Shown here: one piece after another, positions 39,680 through 50,920 of the stretch | How positions within the stretch are numbered: the first letter of the stretch is position 1 | Layout: each line of letters starts with the position of its first letter | Assembly (NCBI GenBank): GCA_949745755.1 | Contig: CATJZL010000065.1 | Location: forward strand, 1,185-65,184 | From: an uncultured Bacilli bacterium | GTDB taxonomy: Bacteria; Bacillota_I; Bacilli_A; RF39; UBA660 | Direction: 5' to 3' | DNA: 64,000 nucleotides | Translations under genes and position numbers: made by a program | Notes under the pieces: model-generated | Databases searched by the model: none | The model's input: the letters and a program-made list of their open reading frames with translations, nothing else | What the model was told of the DNA's origin: nothing

Positions 39680-40556
39680 TATAAAAAGAAAAGCATTAGG
39701 AAAAGGACTAGAAGAACTATTTAATAGTGAACCAATCGATTATACAAAAGTAGAAGAAAAAATAATTGAAGAAACACCAAAAGAAGAAATCAAGAATATT
39801 CCATTAAAAGATTTAAGAAGCAATCCATATCAACCGAGAAAAGTATTTGACGAACAAAAATTAGAAGAATTAGCAGCATCAATAAAAGAACATGGAGTAT
39901 TTCAACCAATCATTGCAAAAAAAAGTATTAAAGGCTATGACATAATAGCAGGAGAACGAAGAGTAAAAGCTTCTCTTTTAGCAGGATTGGAAGAAATTCC
40001 AACAATTATAAAAGACTTTACAGATACAGAAATGATGGAAATAGCTCTTTTAGAAAATCTACAAAGAGAAGATTTAACAGCAATAGAAGAAGCAAATGCT
40101 TATAAAAACTTATTAGAAAATTTAAAAATAACACAAGAAGAATTAGCAACTAGATTAGGAAAAAGCAGATCCTATATAACAAATACAATAGGACTTTTAA
40201 ATCTTCCAATTGAAACTCAAAATCTTATAAATGAAAAAAAAATATCTATGGGACATGCAAAAGTATTAAGTAAATTAGATAATGCTTATCAAATAAAAGA
40301 ATTAACTGATAAAATAATAACAGAAGGATTAAGCGTTAGAGCATTAGAAGATATAACAGGAGAAAATACAGAATATGAAAGAAGAAATAAAGTTCACAAA
40401 AAAGAAAAAACAGAGAATCCTTATAAATATATAGAAGAAGTATTAAATGATCATTTAGGTACAAAAGTAAAAATTAAAACAAATAAAATAGAAATCACTT
40501 TTACAAATACAAATGACTTAAATAGATTATTAGAAATAATGCACCTAGATAATTAA
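39657..40556 (+). CDS. spo0J: ParB/Spo0J.
   Basis: A 299-aa ORF with a ParB box (GERRVKAS), an HTH and a C-terminal dimerisation region. It overlaps the soj stop. Confidence 0.85.
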   Translation: MKEMENSNIKRKALGKGLEELFNSEPIDYTKVEEKIIEETPKEEIKNIPLKDLRSNPYQPRKVFDEQKLEELAASIKEHGVFQPIIAKKSIKGYDIIAGERRVKASLLAGLEEIPTIIKDFTDTEMMEIALLENLQREDLTAIEEANAYKNLLENLKITQEELATRLGKSRSYITNTIGLLNLPIETQNLINEKKISMGHAKVLSKLDNAYQIKELTDKIITEGLSVRALEDITGENTEYERRNKVHKKEKTENPYKYIEEVLNDHLGTKVKIKTNKIEITFTNTNDLNRLLEIMHLDN

Positions 40557-40571
40557 AATAAAGGAGGACGT

Positions 40572-41402
40572 ATGATAACTTTATTTGACACATATGAACT
40601 AAATCTAAAATTTTTTACCTTACCTATAATATATATAGCCATTGGGATGGTGTCATACACAATTTTAAAAAGAATAATAAACAATGTATTTAAAAAAAGG
40701 CAATCTAAAATATTAATAAAAAGACATTATCAAAAAAGAGCAGACACAATTAGAATAATGATTTTAAATATTTTAAAATATTCAATCATTATATTTGTAA
40801 TATTAGGAGAATTAACAGTATTTGGAATTAACATTAGATCTATCGTAGCAGGACTTGGAATTACAGCAGCAGTACTTGGACTTGCTTTTCAAGACATTGC
40901 AAAAGACTTATTAGCAGGTATATTCATAATTGCAGAAGATCAATACGAAATAGGAGATACAATAGAAATTAATGGTTTTATGGGAGAAGTAATTTTTATA
41001 GGACTAAAAACAACAAGACTAAGAGATTATAAAGGAAGAACTAAAATTATTGCGAATCACAATATAACAGAAGTAATAAATTATAATTTGGCAAATAATT
41101 TAGCAGTAGTAGATATTGGAATTGATTATGGAGAGGATTTAGAAAAAGTAGAACAAGTATTAAATGAATTAGCAAAATCTTTAACAAAAACACTTCCAAA
41201 AATAAAAGGAGAAGTAAAGGTATTAGGAATAGACTCTTTAGATGCATCTTCTGTAGTATACAGAATTACAGCACCAGTATCTTCACTAGAACAATATGCT
41301 GCTCAAAGAATTATGCGAAAAGAAATAAAGGAAGCTTTAGATAAAGAAAATATTAAAATACCATTCCCACAAATCGAGGTGCATAATAGCAATGAATCAT
41401 GA
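40572..41402 (+). CDS. Small-conductance mechanosensitive channel of the MscS family.
   Basis: A 276-aa ORF with three N-terminal TM helices and an MscS beta-domain motif region (GLGITAAVLGLAFQDI). Confidence 0.7.
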   Translation: MITLFDTYELNLKFFTLPIIYIAIGMVSYTILKRIINNVFKKRQSKILIKRHYQKRADTIRIMILNILKYSIIIFVILGELTVFGINIRSIVAGLGITAAVLGLAFQDIAKDLLAGIFIIAEDQYEIGDTIEINGFMGEVIFIGLKTTRLRDYKGRTKIIANHNITEVINYNLANNLAVVDIGIDYGEDLEKVEQVLNELAKSLTKTLPKIKGEVKVLGIDSLDASSVVYRITAPVSSLEQYAAQRIMRKEIKEALDKENIKIPFPQIEVHNSNES

Positions 41403-41592
41403 ATATAGTGTTGGTACAAGATGCCAAATGAAAAAGAAACATCCATGTGGAGGAGATATTTGGGAAGTACTAAGGGTTGGAGCAGATATAAAAATAAAAT
41501 GCCAAACCTGTGGTCGTACTTTTTTTATTCCCCGCATAGATTTTAATAAAAAAATAAAGAAAACAATTAAAGAAGAAGGTAAAGAAATATGA
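41392..41592 (+). CDS. DUF951-family small protein (YyzM-like).
   Basis: A 66-aa ORF with two CxxC-like pairs (CQMKKKHPCGG, CQTCG). It lies upstream of ychF, as in B. subtilis. Confidence 0.45.
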   Translation: MNHEYSVGTRCQMKKKHPCGGDIWEVLRVGADIKIKCQTCGRTFFIPRIDFNKKIKKTIKEEGKEI

Positions 41593-43193
41593 AAGAAAAG
41601 CGAAAGTTAAAACTGAAAAAATTCTATTTCCATCCAATAACTATGTTTTTTCTAACAACAATTTTAATTTTAATAGTAAGCTCTATCCTCTCTAATTTAG
41701 GAGTACAGGCAACATATAATGTAGTAAACGAAACAACTAAAGAATTAGAACCCAAATTAGTATCAGTAGAAAATCTTTTAACAGCAAAAAGTATCAAAAG
41801 CTTATTAGGAAATTCTTTATATACAGTAGCTTCCTTTGCCCAACTAAGTAGACTCATTATAGCACTAGCAGGAATAAGTATGCTAAAAGCTAGTGGACTA
41901 ATAGATACCCTAACAAAAAGAAAAATAAAAAAAATATCAAAATATAAATTGACATTTATTATTGTTTTTTTAGGAGTAATTTCATCATTAATAAGTGATG
42001 TAGGCTATGTTCTATTAATACCACTTACAGCACTAATATATGAATTATGTGGGAGAAACCCTTTACTTGGAGTAATAACAGCATTTTGTGGTACAGCTTT
42101 TGGAAGTGGAGTAAGTATATTTACTAGTTGGTGTGATGTAAAACTAATTCCATTTACACAACTAGCGTCTTATTTAATCGATACATCTACCCATATAAGT
42201 TTGACATCAAACCTAATCTTTATAATAGCATCGAGCATCATAATATCTATCGTTGGAACAATAGTAATTGAAAAAATAGTCAGTAAGAGTGTAGGCAAGT
42301 ACCACTTCTATGATATAAATGGAAATACTTTAAAAACAACAGAGTTAGTACTTAAAGATATAGAAGAAGCTGAACAAAATAAAATAGCAATAGAAAAGCA
42401 AGAAAAAAAAGGGTTAAGAAATGCACTGATTACAAGTATCCTATTAATATTATTATTCATATATATGTTAATACCTAATTTACCATTATCAGGACTATTA
42501 TTAGACCTAACAGAAAAATCTTATGTAAACCAATTATTTGGACCAACAGCATATCTGCATACATCTTTTACCTTTTTAGTATCCCTTTTCTTTATAATAG
42601 TAAGTTTAAGTTATATTATAGGAGCAAAGAGTGTAAAAAATGATAAAGAGTTAATAGAAAAAGCAGGGGATTATTTAAAAAATATAGGAACACTTCTAAT
42701 ATTAATATTTGTATTTTCTACATTTATAATGGTGTGGAAAAAATCAAATATTGGAATAGTAATAGCCAGCCTATTAGCGAATTTATTATCTCACTTAGAA
42801 CTAACAGATATCCCTTTAATACTGGTAACGATCCTTTTAATAGCAATATCAAATGTACTATTAACTAGTACAACAACTAAATGGCAAATTTTTGCACCAG
42901 TTGTAGTACCAATGTTTATGCAAGCGAACATATCTCCACAATTTGCCCAAGTAGTAATGCGTGTAGCAGATTCAATGACAAAAGGAGTAACACCATTTTT
43001 AACATCATTTGTAATTTATATAGGATACTTAAATATATATAATCAAAATAAACAAAAACCTATGACAATACATCATAGCCTAAAAATGGTAATGCCATAC
43101 TTTACAATAATAGGATTCATTTGGATATTACTAGTAATCATTTGGTATTTAGTAGGAATACCAATAGGACCAGGAGTATATCCAACAATATAA
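41589..43193 (+). CDS. AbgT-family (YdaH-like) transporter.
   Basis: A 534-aa polytopic ORF. ISDVGYVLLIPLTALIYELCGRNPLLGVITAFCGTAFG parallels the AbgT signature ASDAGYVVLPPLAAMLF..GRHPLAGL. Confidence 0.55.
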   Translation: MKEKRKLKLKKFYFHPITMFFLTTILILIVSSILSNLGVQATYNVVNETTKELEPKLVSVENLLTAKSIKSLLGNSLYTVASFAQLSRLIIALAGISMLKASGLIDTLTKRKIKKISKYKLTFIIVFLGVISSLISDVGYVLLIPLTALIYELCGRNPLLGVITAFCGTAFGSGVSIFTSWCDVKLIPFTQLASYLIDTSTHISLTSNLIFIIASSIIISIVGTIVIEKIVSKSVGKYHFYDINGNTLKTTELVLKDIEEAEQNKIAIEKQEKKGLRNALITSILLILLFIYMLIPNLPLSGLLLDLTEKSYVNQLFGPTAYLHTSFTFLVSLFFIIVSLSYIIGAKSVKNDKELIEKAGDYLKNIGTLLILIFVFSTFIMVWKKSNIGIVIASLLANLLSHLELTDIPLILVTILLIAISNVLLTSTTTKWQIFAPVVVPMFMQANISPQFAQVVMRVADSMTKGVTPFLTSFVIYIGYLNIYNQNKQKPMTIHHSLKMVMPYFTIIGFIWILLVIIWYLVGIPIGPGVYPTI

Positions 43194-43334
43194 ACTAATA
43201 TACATCTATTAGTTTTTTTGTTTTAAAAAAGGAAACAAAAAACGAAAAGAAGAATATAAATCGTTAGATAAATCACTTCTATAGACTTCATTAAACGAAT
43301 TTGATATAATAAGTAGCAGAAAAGAGGTAATAAT

Positions 43335-44435
43335 ATGAGTTTAACAGCAGGAATAGTAGGACTTCCAAATGTAGGAAAATCAACATTATTTAATGCTATT
43401 ACAAAAAAACATATATTAGCAGAAAATTATCCATTTGCAACAATTGATCCAAATATAGGAGTGGTCACAGTACCAGATAAAAGAATTGATAATCTAAATA
43501 AAATGTACAATCCAAATAAATTAATTCCCACCTCTTATGAATTTACAGATATAGCAGGATTAGTAAAAGGTGCATCAAAAGGAGAAGGTTTAGGAAACAA
43601 ATTTCTTTCTCATATAAGAGAAACAGATGCTATATGTGAAGTAGTAAGATGTTTTGAAAATGATAAAATTATTCATGTTGATGGCGATATTGATCCAATA
43701 AGAGATGTAGAAACTATAAATCTAGAATTATCAATAGCTGATTTAGATATAGTAAACAATAGACTAGAAAAAGTAGCAAAAAAGGCTCGAACAAGTAAAG
43801 ATAAAAATGACTTGCTAGAAGTTGAAGCATTAGAAAAAGCAAAGAAGTCCTTAGAAAGCAATATACCATTAAGATTAGTGGAATATACAGAAGAAGAAAA
43901 ACAAATCCTAAAATCTTATAGTTTTCTAACTATAAAGCCAATCATCTATCTAGCTAATGTAACAGAAGATGAGGTATCCCAAAAAGATAATGAATTAGTC
44001 CAAAAAGTAAAAGAATATGCAGGAAAAGAAAAAGCTCCTGTAGTAAAATTATGTGCCAAACTAGAAGAAGATTTAAGTGAATTAGAAAGTGAAGAACAAA
44101 GAGAAATGTTGGAAGCATTAAATATAGAAAAAAGCGGATTAGATGAGTTAATTGCAACAACATACGATTTACTAGGATTGGCCACCTATTTTACAGTTGG
44201 AAAAGATGAAGTGAGAGCTTGGACCTTTAAAAAAGGAATGAATGCAAAAAAATGTGCAGGACTCATTCATACAGACTTCGAAAAAGGTTTTATTAAAGCA
44301 GAAGTAATAAGTTATGAAGATCTAATAAAATATGGAGATGAATTAAAAGTAAGAGAAAATGGTAGAGCAAGGTTAGAAGGAAAAGATTATTTAATGCAAG
44401 ATGGAGATATATGTCATTTTAGATTTAATGTATGA
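43335..44435 (+). CDS. ychF: Ribosome-binding ATPase YchF.
   Basis: A 366-aa ORF with G1 motif GLPNVGKST and a C-terminal TGS domain. Confidence 0.9.
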   Translation: MSLTAGIVGLPNVGKSTLFNAITKKHILAENYPFATIDPNIGVVTVPDKRIDNLNKMYNPNKLIPTSYEFTDIAGLVKGASKGEGLGNKFLSHIRETDAICEVVRCFENDKIIHVDGDIDPIRDVETINLELSIADLDIVNNRLEKVAKKARTSKDKNDLLEVEALEKAKKSLESNIPLRLVEYTEEEKQILKSYSFLTIKPIIYLANVTEDEVSQKDNELVQKVKEYAGKEKAPVVKLCAKLEEDLSELESEEQREMLEALNIEKSGLDELIATTYDLLGLATYFTVGKDEVRAWTFKKGMNAKKCAGLIHTDFEKGFIKAEVISYEDLIKYGDELKVRENGRARLEGKDYLMQDGDICHFRFNV

Positions 44436-44612
44436 AAAAGAAAGATAAAGAAAATTCTATATAGACTATATAGATATAATAAATGCAATAAAGAAGTAAT
44501 AATACAAAAAAGAAACAATTTACAAATAAAAAAACATTTGATATAATACATACGAGTATTTAAAATACTCCTTGCCTTGAAAAAGGCCTAATGTCCAAAA
44601 GGAGGTGTAAAA

Positions 44613-44900
44613 ATGAATAAATATGAGATAACATTCATAGTAAAAACAACAATTGAGGAACAAGAAATTAAAAATATTGCAGAGACTATGAAAAAAGTAT
44701 TAACAGATAATAACGCAAAAATAGTAGAAGAGAAAGCTCTTGGTCAAAAAGAGTTAGCATATGAAATTAACAAAGTAAAAACAGGTTATTATTTCTTATA
44801 TGTTGTTGAAGCATCAAGCGAAGCAATAGACGAATTTACTCGCGTTGCTGGAATTAATGAAAATATACTTCGTTATTTAACAATTAAAGTAGAAGACTAA
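44613..44900 (+). CDS. rpsF: 30S ribosomal protein S6.
   Basis: A 95-aa ORF starting MNKYEITFIV, in the rpsF-ssb-rpsR order. Confidence 0.9.
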   Translation: MNKYEITFIVKTTIEEQEIKNIAETMKKVLTDNNAKIVEEKALGQKELAYEINKVKTGYYFLYVVEASSEAIDEFTRVAGINENILRYLTIKVED

Positions 44901-44913
44901 GAGTGAGGAAATT

Positions 44914-45426
44914 ATGAATAAAGTATTTTTAATAGGTCGACTAACAAGAGATCCAGAATTAAGATATACAGGAGCAAATACAGCAGTAGCCACATTTTCC
45001 CTTGCAATAAGTAGAACATATTCTAATTCAGCAGGAGAAAGAACTACAGATTATGTAAATATCGTAGTATGGAGAAAACAAGCTGAGAATGTAAAAAATT
45101 ATTTAAGTCAAGGAAGTCAAGTAGCAATAGATGGAAGAATTCAATCTAGAACTTATGATGCTCCTGATGGCAAAAGACGTTATATAACAGAAATAGTTGC
45201 TGATAATATTGAATTTTTAGGAGCAAGACCTGGAAGTCGTCGCACAGGAACAAGTACAAATGAACAACCATCAGAAGAAAACGCTCCAGAACCTACCCCA
45301 TATGATTTTGAAATACCAATACAAGAGGAAGAAGATTCAAATTTTTCAGGAGCAGATATAGATTCCAATCCTTTTGCAGATTTTGGTGCGAGTATTGAAA
45401 TTGATGATAACGAATTACCATTTTAA
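44914..45426 (+). CDS. ssb: Single-stranded DNA-binding protein.
   Basis: An OB fold ([18 protein letters not shown]) and an acidic C-terminal tail ending DDNELPF. Confidence 0.9.
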   Translation: MNKVFLIGRLTRDPELRYTGANTAVATFSLAISRTYSNSAGERTTDYVNIVVWRKQAENVKNYLSQGSQVAIDGRIQSRTYDAPDGKRRYITEIVADNIEFLGARPGSRRTGTSTNEQPSEENAPEPTPYDFEIPIQEEEDSNFSGADIDSNPFADFGASIEIDDNELPF

Positions 45427-45440
45427 AAAGGAGGATAGAA

Positions 45441-45656
45441 ATGGCTGAATTTTATCGTAAAAAGAAAAAAGTTTGTATGCTATGTACAGGTAAAACTGTG
45501 AATTATAAAGAGCCAGAAACTTTAAAAAGATATATAAATGAAAAAGGTAAAATTGTTTCACGTCGTATAACAGGAACATGCGCACGTCACCAAAGAGTAA
45601 TAGCACGTGAAATAAAAAGAGCACGTGCAATAGCACTATTACCATATACAAAATAA
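45441..45656 (+). CDS. rpsR: 30S ribosomal protein S18.
   Basis: A 71-aa ORF with the motif [21 protein letters not shown]. Confidence 0.9.
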   Translation: MAEFYRKKKKVCMLCTGKTVNYKEPETLKRYINEKGKIVSRRITGTCARHQRVIAREIKRARAIALLPYTK

Positions 45657-45815
45657 GCATTGGAAATCAATGTTTTTTTTGTATAATAAATAAAATTAAA
45701 TATAAATAACAAAAGAGATAGAATAAAAAGAAGATTATAGATAAGTTTATATAATTTTCTTCATTAGACAAGGAGGAAAAATTATTATATAATAGTAATA
45801 GCAAGTGGAGGAATT

Positions 45816-46802
45816 ATGGGACTAGTAGAAAATAAGAAAAAACTAAAGAAAAGAATAAAAAAAGCAAAAAATGTTTTTTTAATGGGACATAAAAATCTAG
45901 ACTTAGATGCCATAGGAAGTTGTATAGGCATGTATAATATACTAAAACAACAAAAAAAAGAATGTTTTATAGTAATTGACGACATAGATACAGAAATGGG
46001 AGTTACCAAGGTATTAAAAGAAATAGACGGATGTTATAATATTATAAAATCAGAAGATATTCCTGTCTATTTACATAAAAAAAACAAAAAAAACCTATTA
46101 ATGATTCTAGATACAAACAAGAAATGTCTAGTTCAAAATGAAAGTTCCCTAGATTATTTTACAAAAAAGATAATAATCGACCATCATGATTTAGGAAAAG
46201 ATACAATTGAAGATGCCTTAATCATAACAGAAGAAAACACATCTAGTACTTGCGAGATAGTCGTAAACATAATAAATTTATATAATATTGAGATTTCTCC
46301 ATATGTTTGCACATTGTTATTATCAGGAATAATACTAGATACAAATAATTTTACACTAAAAACGACAGCAGATACCTATTATGCAGCTTATTTTTTAACA
46401 GCAATGGGAGGAAGTCCAAAAAAAGTACAATATCTTCTAAAACAAGACATAACGGAATATGTAGAACGTCAAAAGTTACTTTCAAGTATAGAAGTAATTG
46501 ATAATATAGCAATAACAAAAGGAACCCAATATATCACATATAGAAGAGAAGACTTAGCTAAAATAGCAGATACGCTATTATTCTTTAATGATATAGAAGC
46601 AAGTTTTGTAATAGGAAAGATAGGAAAAGATTTAATAGGACTCTCAGCGCGCTCATTAGGAAATTATAATATTACAAATATATTAGAACATTTAGGAGGA
46701 GGAGGAGATGCTTATAATGGAGCATGTACCTTTGAGAAAAAAACAATTAGTGAAGCACATACTCTATTAAAAAAAGAACTAAAAAAACAAAATAAACAAT
46801 AA
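45816..46802 (+). CDS. DHH/DHHA1-family phosphoesterase (NrnA or stand-alone GdpP-like), with no TM, PAS or GGDEF module.
   Basis: A 328-aa ORF with DHH motifs (GHKNLDLDAIGS, DHH at IDHHDLG) and a DHHA1 GGGG motif. It sits where yybT/gdpP sits upstream of rplI in B. subtilis. Confidence 0.65.
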   Translation: MGLVENKKKLKKRIKKAKNVFLMGHKNLDLDAIGSCIGMYNILKQQKKECFIVIDDIDTEMGVTKVLKEIDGCYNIIKSEDIPVYLHKKNKKNLLMILDTNKKCLVQNESSLDYFTKKIIIDHHDLGKDTIEDALIITEENTSSTCEIVVNIINLYNIEISPYVCTLLLSGIILDTNNFTLKTTADTYYAAYFLTAMGGSPKKVQYLLKQDITEYVERQKLLSSIEVIDNIAITKGTQYITYRREDLAKIADTLLFFNDIEASFVIGKIGKDLIGLSARSLGNYNITNILEHLGGGGDAYNGACTFEKKTISEAHTLLKKELKKQNKQ

Positions 46803-46882
46803 AAGTAGATGTTATCAATTACATTCTATTAGATAGTTTTGATGATTAATGTATTATAAAAAAGAAAGGAATGTGATGAAAT

Positions 46883-47323
46883 ATGAGAGTTATTTTCATA
46901 AAAGACCTAAAAAAACAAGGAAGAAAAGGAGAAATTAAAGAAGTAAAAGATGGTTATGCAGAAAATTATTTAATAAAAAATAACTACGCTATAAAAGCAA
47001 CAGATGATAATTTAAGAAAACTAGAACAAGAAAATAAATTTGAAGAAAAACAAAAAAATAAAGAAAAAGAAAAAGCCAAAGAACTAAAAATACAATTAGA
47101 AAAAGAAACAATCGACTTCAAAGTAAATACAGGAGAAGGAGATAAAGTTTTTGGAAGTATAAGTGTAAAGCAAATAAAAGAAAGCTTAACAAAAAAAGGA
47201 TATAAAGTTGATAAAAAGCAAATAGAAATAAACAATCCTATTTCATCATTAGGTTTTCATTATGTAGATATTAATCTTTTTGAAGATATCAAAGCAAAAC
47301 TAAAAATACATGTAATAAAATAA
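46883..47323 (+). CDS. rplI: 50S ribosomal protein L9.
   Basis: A 146-aa ORF starting [21 protein letters not shown]. Confidence 0.9.
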   Translation: MRVIFIKDLKKQGRKGEIKEVKDGYAENYLIKNNYAIKATDDNLRKLEQENKFEEKQKNKEKEKAKELKIQLEKETIDFKVNTGEGDKVFGSISVKQIKESLTKKGYKVDKKQIEINNPISSLGFHYVDINLFEDIKAKLKIHVIK

Positions 47324-47336
47324 AGAGGTGAAAAAA

Positions 47337-48689
47337 ATGGCTCTTAGAACACTCCCAAATAATATAGAAGCAGAAAAATCAGTTTTAGGGGCATGTTTTC
47401 TATCAAAATATGCTTTAGAAAAAGCTTGTGAAAGTTTAGATGAAACTAAATTTTTTGATGAGAAAAATGCAAAACTATTTTCAGCAATAAGACATGTTCA
47501 TGAACAAAAAGTACCTTTAGACATTATTACTTTAACAGAAGATTTACAGAAAAAAAATGAGTTAAATGAAGTTGGTGGAGTAGAATATATAACAGAAGTA
47601 ATGAACTTCGTACCTGTAGCTACCAATGTAGAGTATTATATTAAAGGTGTAGAAGAAAAAGCACTATTAAGAAATTTAATTGAAACAGCAACCTCCATAG
47701 CAGAAGATGGTTATAATCCAGAGGAGGATTTAAATGATACTTTAGATTCTGCTGAACGAAAAATTTTAAACATAGTAAAAACACGTAAATCAACAGAATT
47801 TAAATCAATTCAAGAAGTGATGAATCAAGCTGAAAAAAATTTAGAAAAACTAGCAGAAACAAAAGGAGAAGTAACAGGATTACCTACTGGCTGGTACGAC
47901 CTTGATAAATTAACATCAGGATTACATGAAAATCAATTTATAATTATAGCAGCTCGGCCAGCAATGGGAAAAACAGCATTTGCTTTAAATTTAGCAACGA
48001 ATGTAGCAATAAATACAGGAAAAACAGTAGCTGTATTCAATCTGGAAATGGGAGCAGAACAATTAGCAAATCGTATTATATCATCTCTTGGACAATTAGA
48101 GGGTTACAAACTCCAATCGGGAAAACTATTAAATGAAGATTGGAAAAGAGTCAATGAAGCAATTAGTCAATTAGAAGATACCAATATTTTTATAGATGAT
48201 ACACCAGGAATTACTATAGGAGAAATAAGAGCAAAATGTAGAAGACTTGCAAATAGTGAAAAAGGTTTAAGTCTTGTAGTAATAGATTATCTTCAATTGA
48301 TATCAGGTGGTAAGAATTATGGAGCAAATAGACAGCAAGAAGTATCTGATATTTCTCGTTCACTAAAAACATTAGCTATGGAATTGAATATACCAATTAT
48401 TGCTTTAGCACAACTATCTCGTGCAGTAGAAGGAAGAGAAGATAAAAGACCATTAATGAGTGATCTACGCGAGTCAGGTTCAATTGAACAAGATGCCGAT
48501 ATTGTTTCATTTCTATATCGAGATGATTACTATAATAAGGAAGCTAGAAATGAAGATAATACAAGTATTGTAGAATTAATAATAGGAAAACATCGTAATG
48601 GTCCAACTGCAACAATTGAATTATTATTTAAAAAAAATACTTCCACATTTCTAAATTTAAGAAAGGAGAATAGAGCAAATGAAACATAA
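47337..48689 (+). CDS. dnaB: Replicative DNA helicase (DnaB family, called DnaC in B. subtilis).
   Basis: Walker A motif AARPAMGKT, an arginine-finger region and RecA-like motifs. The start is chosen at MALRTLPNNIEAEK, which has an AGAGGTGA ribosome-binding site. Confidence 0.9.
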   Translation: MALRTLPNNIEAEKSVLGACFLSKYALEKACESLDETKFFDEKNAKLFSAIRHVHEQKVPLDIITLTEDLQKKNELNEVGGVEYITEVMNFVPVATNVEYYIKGVEEKALLRNLIETATSIAEDGYNPEEDLNDTLDSAERKILNIVKTRKSTEFKSIQEVMNQAEKNLEKLAETKGEVTGLPTGWYDLDKLTSGLHENQFIIIAARPAMGKTAFALNLATNVAINTGKTVAVFNLEMGAEQLANRIISSLGQLEGYKLQSGKLLNEDWKRVNEAISQLEDTNIFIDDTPGITIGEIRAKCRRLANSEKGLSLVVIDYLQLISGGKNYGANRQQEVSDISRSLKTLAMELNIPIIALAQLSRAVEGREDKRPLMSDLRESGSIEQDADIVSFLYRDDYYNKEARNEDNTSIVELIIGKHRNGPTATIELLFKKNTSTFLNLRKENRANET

Positions 48690-50148
48690 AAAAATACTAA
48701 CTATAGCCTTAGCAGGAATAATCAGTTTAAACCTTGGAATGCAGAAATTTTCATTAACACCAAAAACAGTATATCATGTCTATTTAAAAGGAAAATCTAT
48801 TGGATTAGTAGAATCAAAGGAAGATTTAGAAAAATATATAGATAGAGAACAAGAAAGTCTAAAAGAAAAATATAACATAAAAAAAGTATACGCTCCTGAT
48901 GAATTAGATATAAAAAAAGAGATTACATATAAAGAAGATATTTCATCATCTGAAGAAATATATACAAAGATTAAAGATAGTAGCTCATTTTCTATAGATG
49001 GTTACGAAATTAATATAAAAAAAGAAATAGCATCAAAAGAAGAAGATAAAACAGAAACAAAAAATATAAAGATATATGTAATAGATAAAAAAGTATTTAC
49101 AGATTCCATAGATAAAACAGTAAAGTCATTTATTACAAATGAAGACTATAACACATATAAATCAAATAAAAAACAAAAGATTAAAGAAACAGGTAAAATA
49201 ATAGAAAAAATATACATTGAAAATGATATAACTATAAAAAAAGGAAAAATTCCAACAAACAAAAAAATATATCAGGAAGTAGATGAATTAAGTAGATATC
49301 TATTATTTGGAACAACAAAGAGTCAAGCTATCTATACAATAAAAGATGGAGATACAATAAACGATATTGCTTACAATAATAAAATGTCAAATGAAGAATT
49401 TCTAATTATGAATCCAGAATTCACTTCAGAGAATGCCCTACTCTATGCTGGCCAAAATGTAAATATAGGGATTTTGAATCCACAAATAAATATTGTAGAA
49501 GAAGATGAAGTTGTTGCCTACGAAGAAAAAAAATACCAAACTGAAACAAGGTATGACAATTCAAAAACCGTAGGTTACCAAGAAACAACTCAACAAGGAG
49601 TAAATGGAAAAAATAGAGTAACGCAAAAAGTAAGAAAAGTAAATGGAGAAACAACAAATATTATTACTGCAAATACAGAAGAAATAACTCCAGTAATCAA
49701 TGAAATTATTGTAAAAGGTGGAAAAGAAGAGTTATATACTGGTAGTCCTATTCCAACAGCAGGAGCTTGGGGATGGCCAGCATCATGTAATTCAGTATCA
49801 AGTCCATTTGGTTACCGTTGGGGAACATTACATGATGGAACAGATATAGCAGGTTGCGGACGAAATTCTGCTATATATGCAGCACAATCAGGAACAGTAA
49901 TAATAGTCGCTGAAAAATGGGACAATGGTAAATATATAGTAATCAATCATAATAATGGTTACTATACAATGTATGCCCATCTACAAGGATTCGCAGTAAA
50001 AAAAGGACAACAAGTAGAAAAGGGACAAGTAATAGGAGGAATGGGAGACAGTGGATTTGCAACAGGAGTACACCTACACTACTCAATTTGGTTAGGCGGT
50101 CCACCATATTCAGGAGGAAAAGTATTAAATGCCATGTCTATGTACTAA
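48679..50148 (+). CDS. Secreted M23-family metallopeptidase with LysM and G5 domains.
   Basis: A signal peptide, a LysM (IKDGDTINDIAYNN), a G5-like segment (YQTETRYDNSKTVGYQETTQQGVNGKNRVTQKV) and an M23 domain (HDGTDIA...HLHYSI). It overlaps the helicase stop by 11 nt. Confidence 0.7.
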   Translation: MKHKKILTIALAGIISLNLGMQKFSLTPKTVYHVYLKGKSIGLVESKEDLEKYIDREQESLKEKYNIKKVYAPDELDIKKEITYKEDISSSEEIYTKIKDSSSFSIDGYEINIKKEIASKEEDKTETKNIKIYVIDKKVFTDSIDKTVKSFITNEDYNTYKSNKKQKIKETGKIIEKIYIENDITIKKGKIPTNKKIYQEVDELSRYLLFGTTKSQAIYTIKDGDTINDIAYNNKMSNEEFLIMNPEFTSENALLYAGQNVNIGILNPQINIVEEDEVVAYEEKKYQTETRYDNSKTVGYQETTQQGVNGKNRVTQKVRKVNGETTNIITANTEEITPVINEIIVKGGKEELYTGSPIPTAGAWGWPASCNSVSSPFGYRWGTLHDGTDIAGCGRNSAIYAAQSGTVIIVAEKWDNGKYIVINHNNGYYTMYAHLQGFAVKKGQQVEKGQVIGGMGDSGFATGVHLHYSIWLGGPPYSGGKVLNAMSMY

Positions 50149-50911
50149 AAAAGATTTAAAATTTCAAACATTAGCAAGTGGTTCAAAGGGAAATTGTGCT
50201 ATAGTATTATGTGATAATATAAATTTAATAATAGATGCTGGAATTTTATATAGTCCATTAAAAAAGAGATTAGAAGAAAATAATTTATACTTCTCCTCTT
50301 TTTTTGGAATATTAATAACTCATTCACATGCTGATCATATAAAAGGATTAAAAGGTATAATAAAAAATACAAATTTAAAAATATTAATACCAGAAGAGAT
50401 GTATGAAGAACTAAAAGAAATAGTACCTAAAAATCAAGCAATATTTATAAAAAATAAAAATAAATTAGGATCAATAACAATAGAACTAATTCATACATCA
50501 CATGATACAGCTTGTTCTGTAGGATATATAATAACATATAAAAATAAAAGTTTAGTTTATATAACAGATACAGGATATATCAATAGAAAATATTTAAAAA
50601 TGATAGAAAATAAATATATTTATTTGATAGAAAGCAACCATGATGAAGAAATGTTAATGAATGGACCTTATCCACCCTTTCTAAAACAAAGGGTAATCAG
50701 TGATAGAGGTCATCTCTCTAATAGAACAACAGCATCATATCTAAAACAAGTCGTAGGAGAAAATACAAAATACGTAGTTTTAGCTCACTTAAGTGAACAG
50801 AATAATGATGAAAATTTAGCTCTAAAAATTGCAAAAGAAGCTTTATTCGAAAAGAATATAGAACTAATTATCGCTCATCAAAATGAAGTAAGTCCAGTAA
50901 TAGAAGTATAA
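50129..50911 (+). CDS. MBL-fold metallo-hydrolase, YycJ/WalJ-like.
   Basis: A 260-aa ORF with HxHxDH (THSHADH). Its position between the helicase and rlmH parallels yycJ-yydA of B. subtilis, but there is no walRK. Confidence 0.55.
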   Translation: MPCLCTKKDLKFQTLASGSKGNCAIVLCDNINLIIDAGILYSPLKKRLEENNLYFSSFFGILITHSHADHIKGLKGIIKNTNLKILIPEEMYEELKEIVPKNQAIFIKNKNKLGSITIELIHTSHDTACSVGYIITYKNKSLVYITDTGYINRKYLKMIENKYIYLIESNHDEEMLMNGPYPPFLKQRVISDRGHLSNRTTASYLKQVVGENTKYVVLAHLSEQNNDENLALKIAKEALFEKNIELIIAHQNEVSPVIEV

Positions 50912-50920
50912 GGTGAAAAA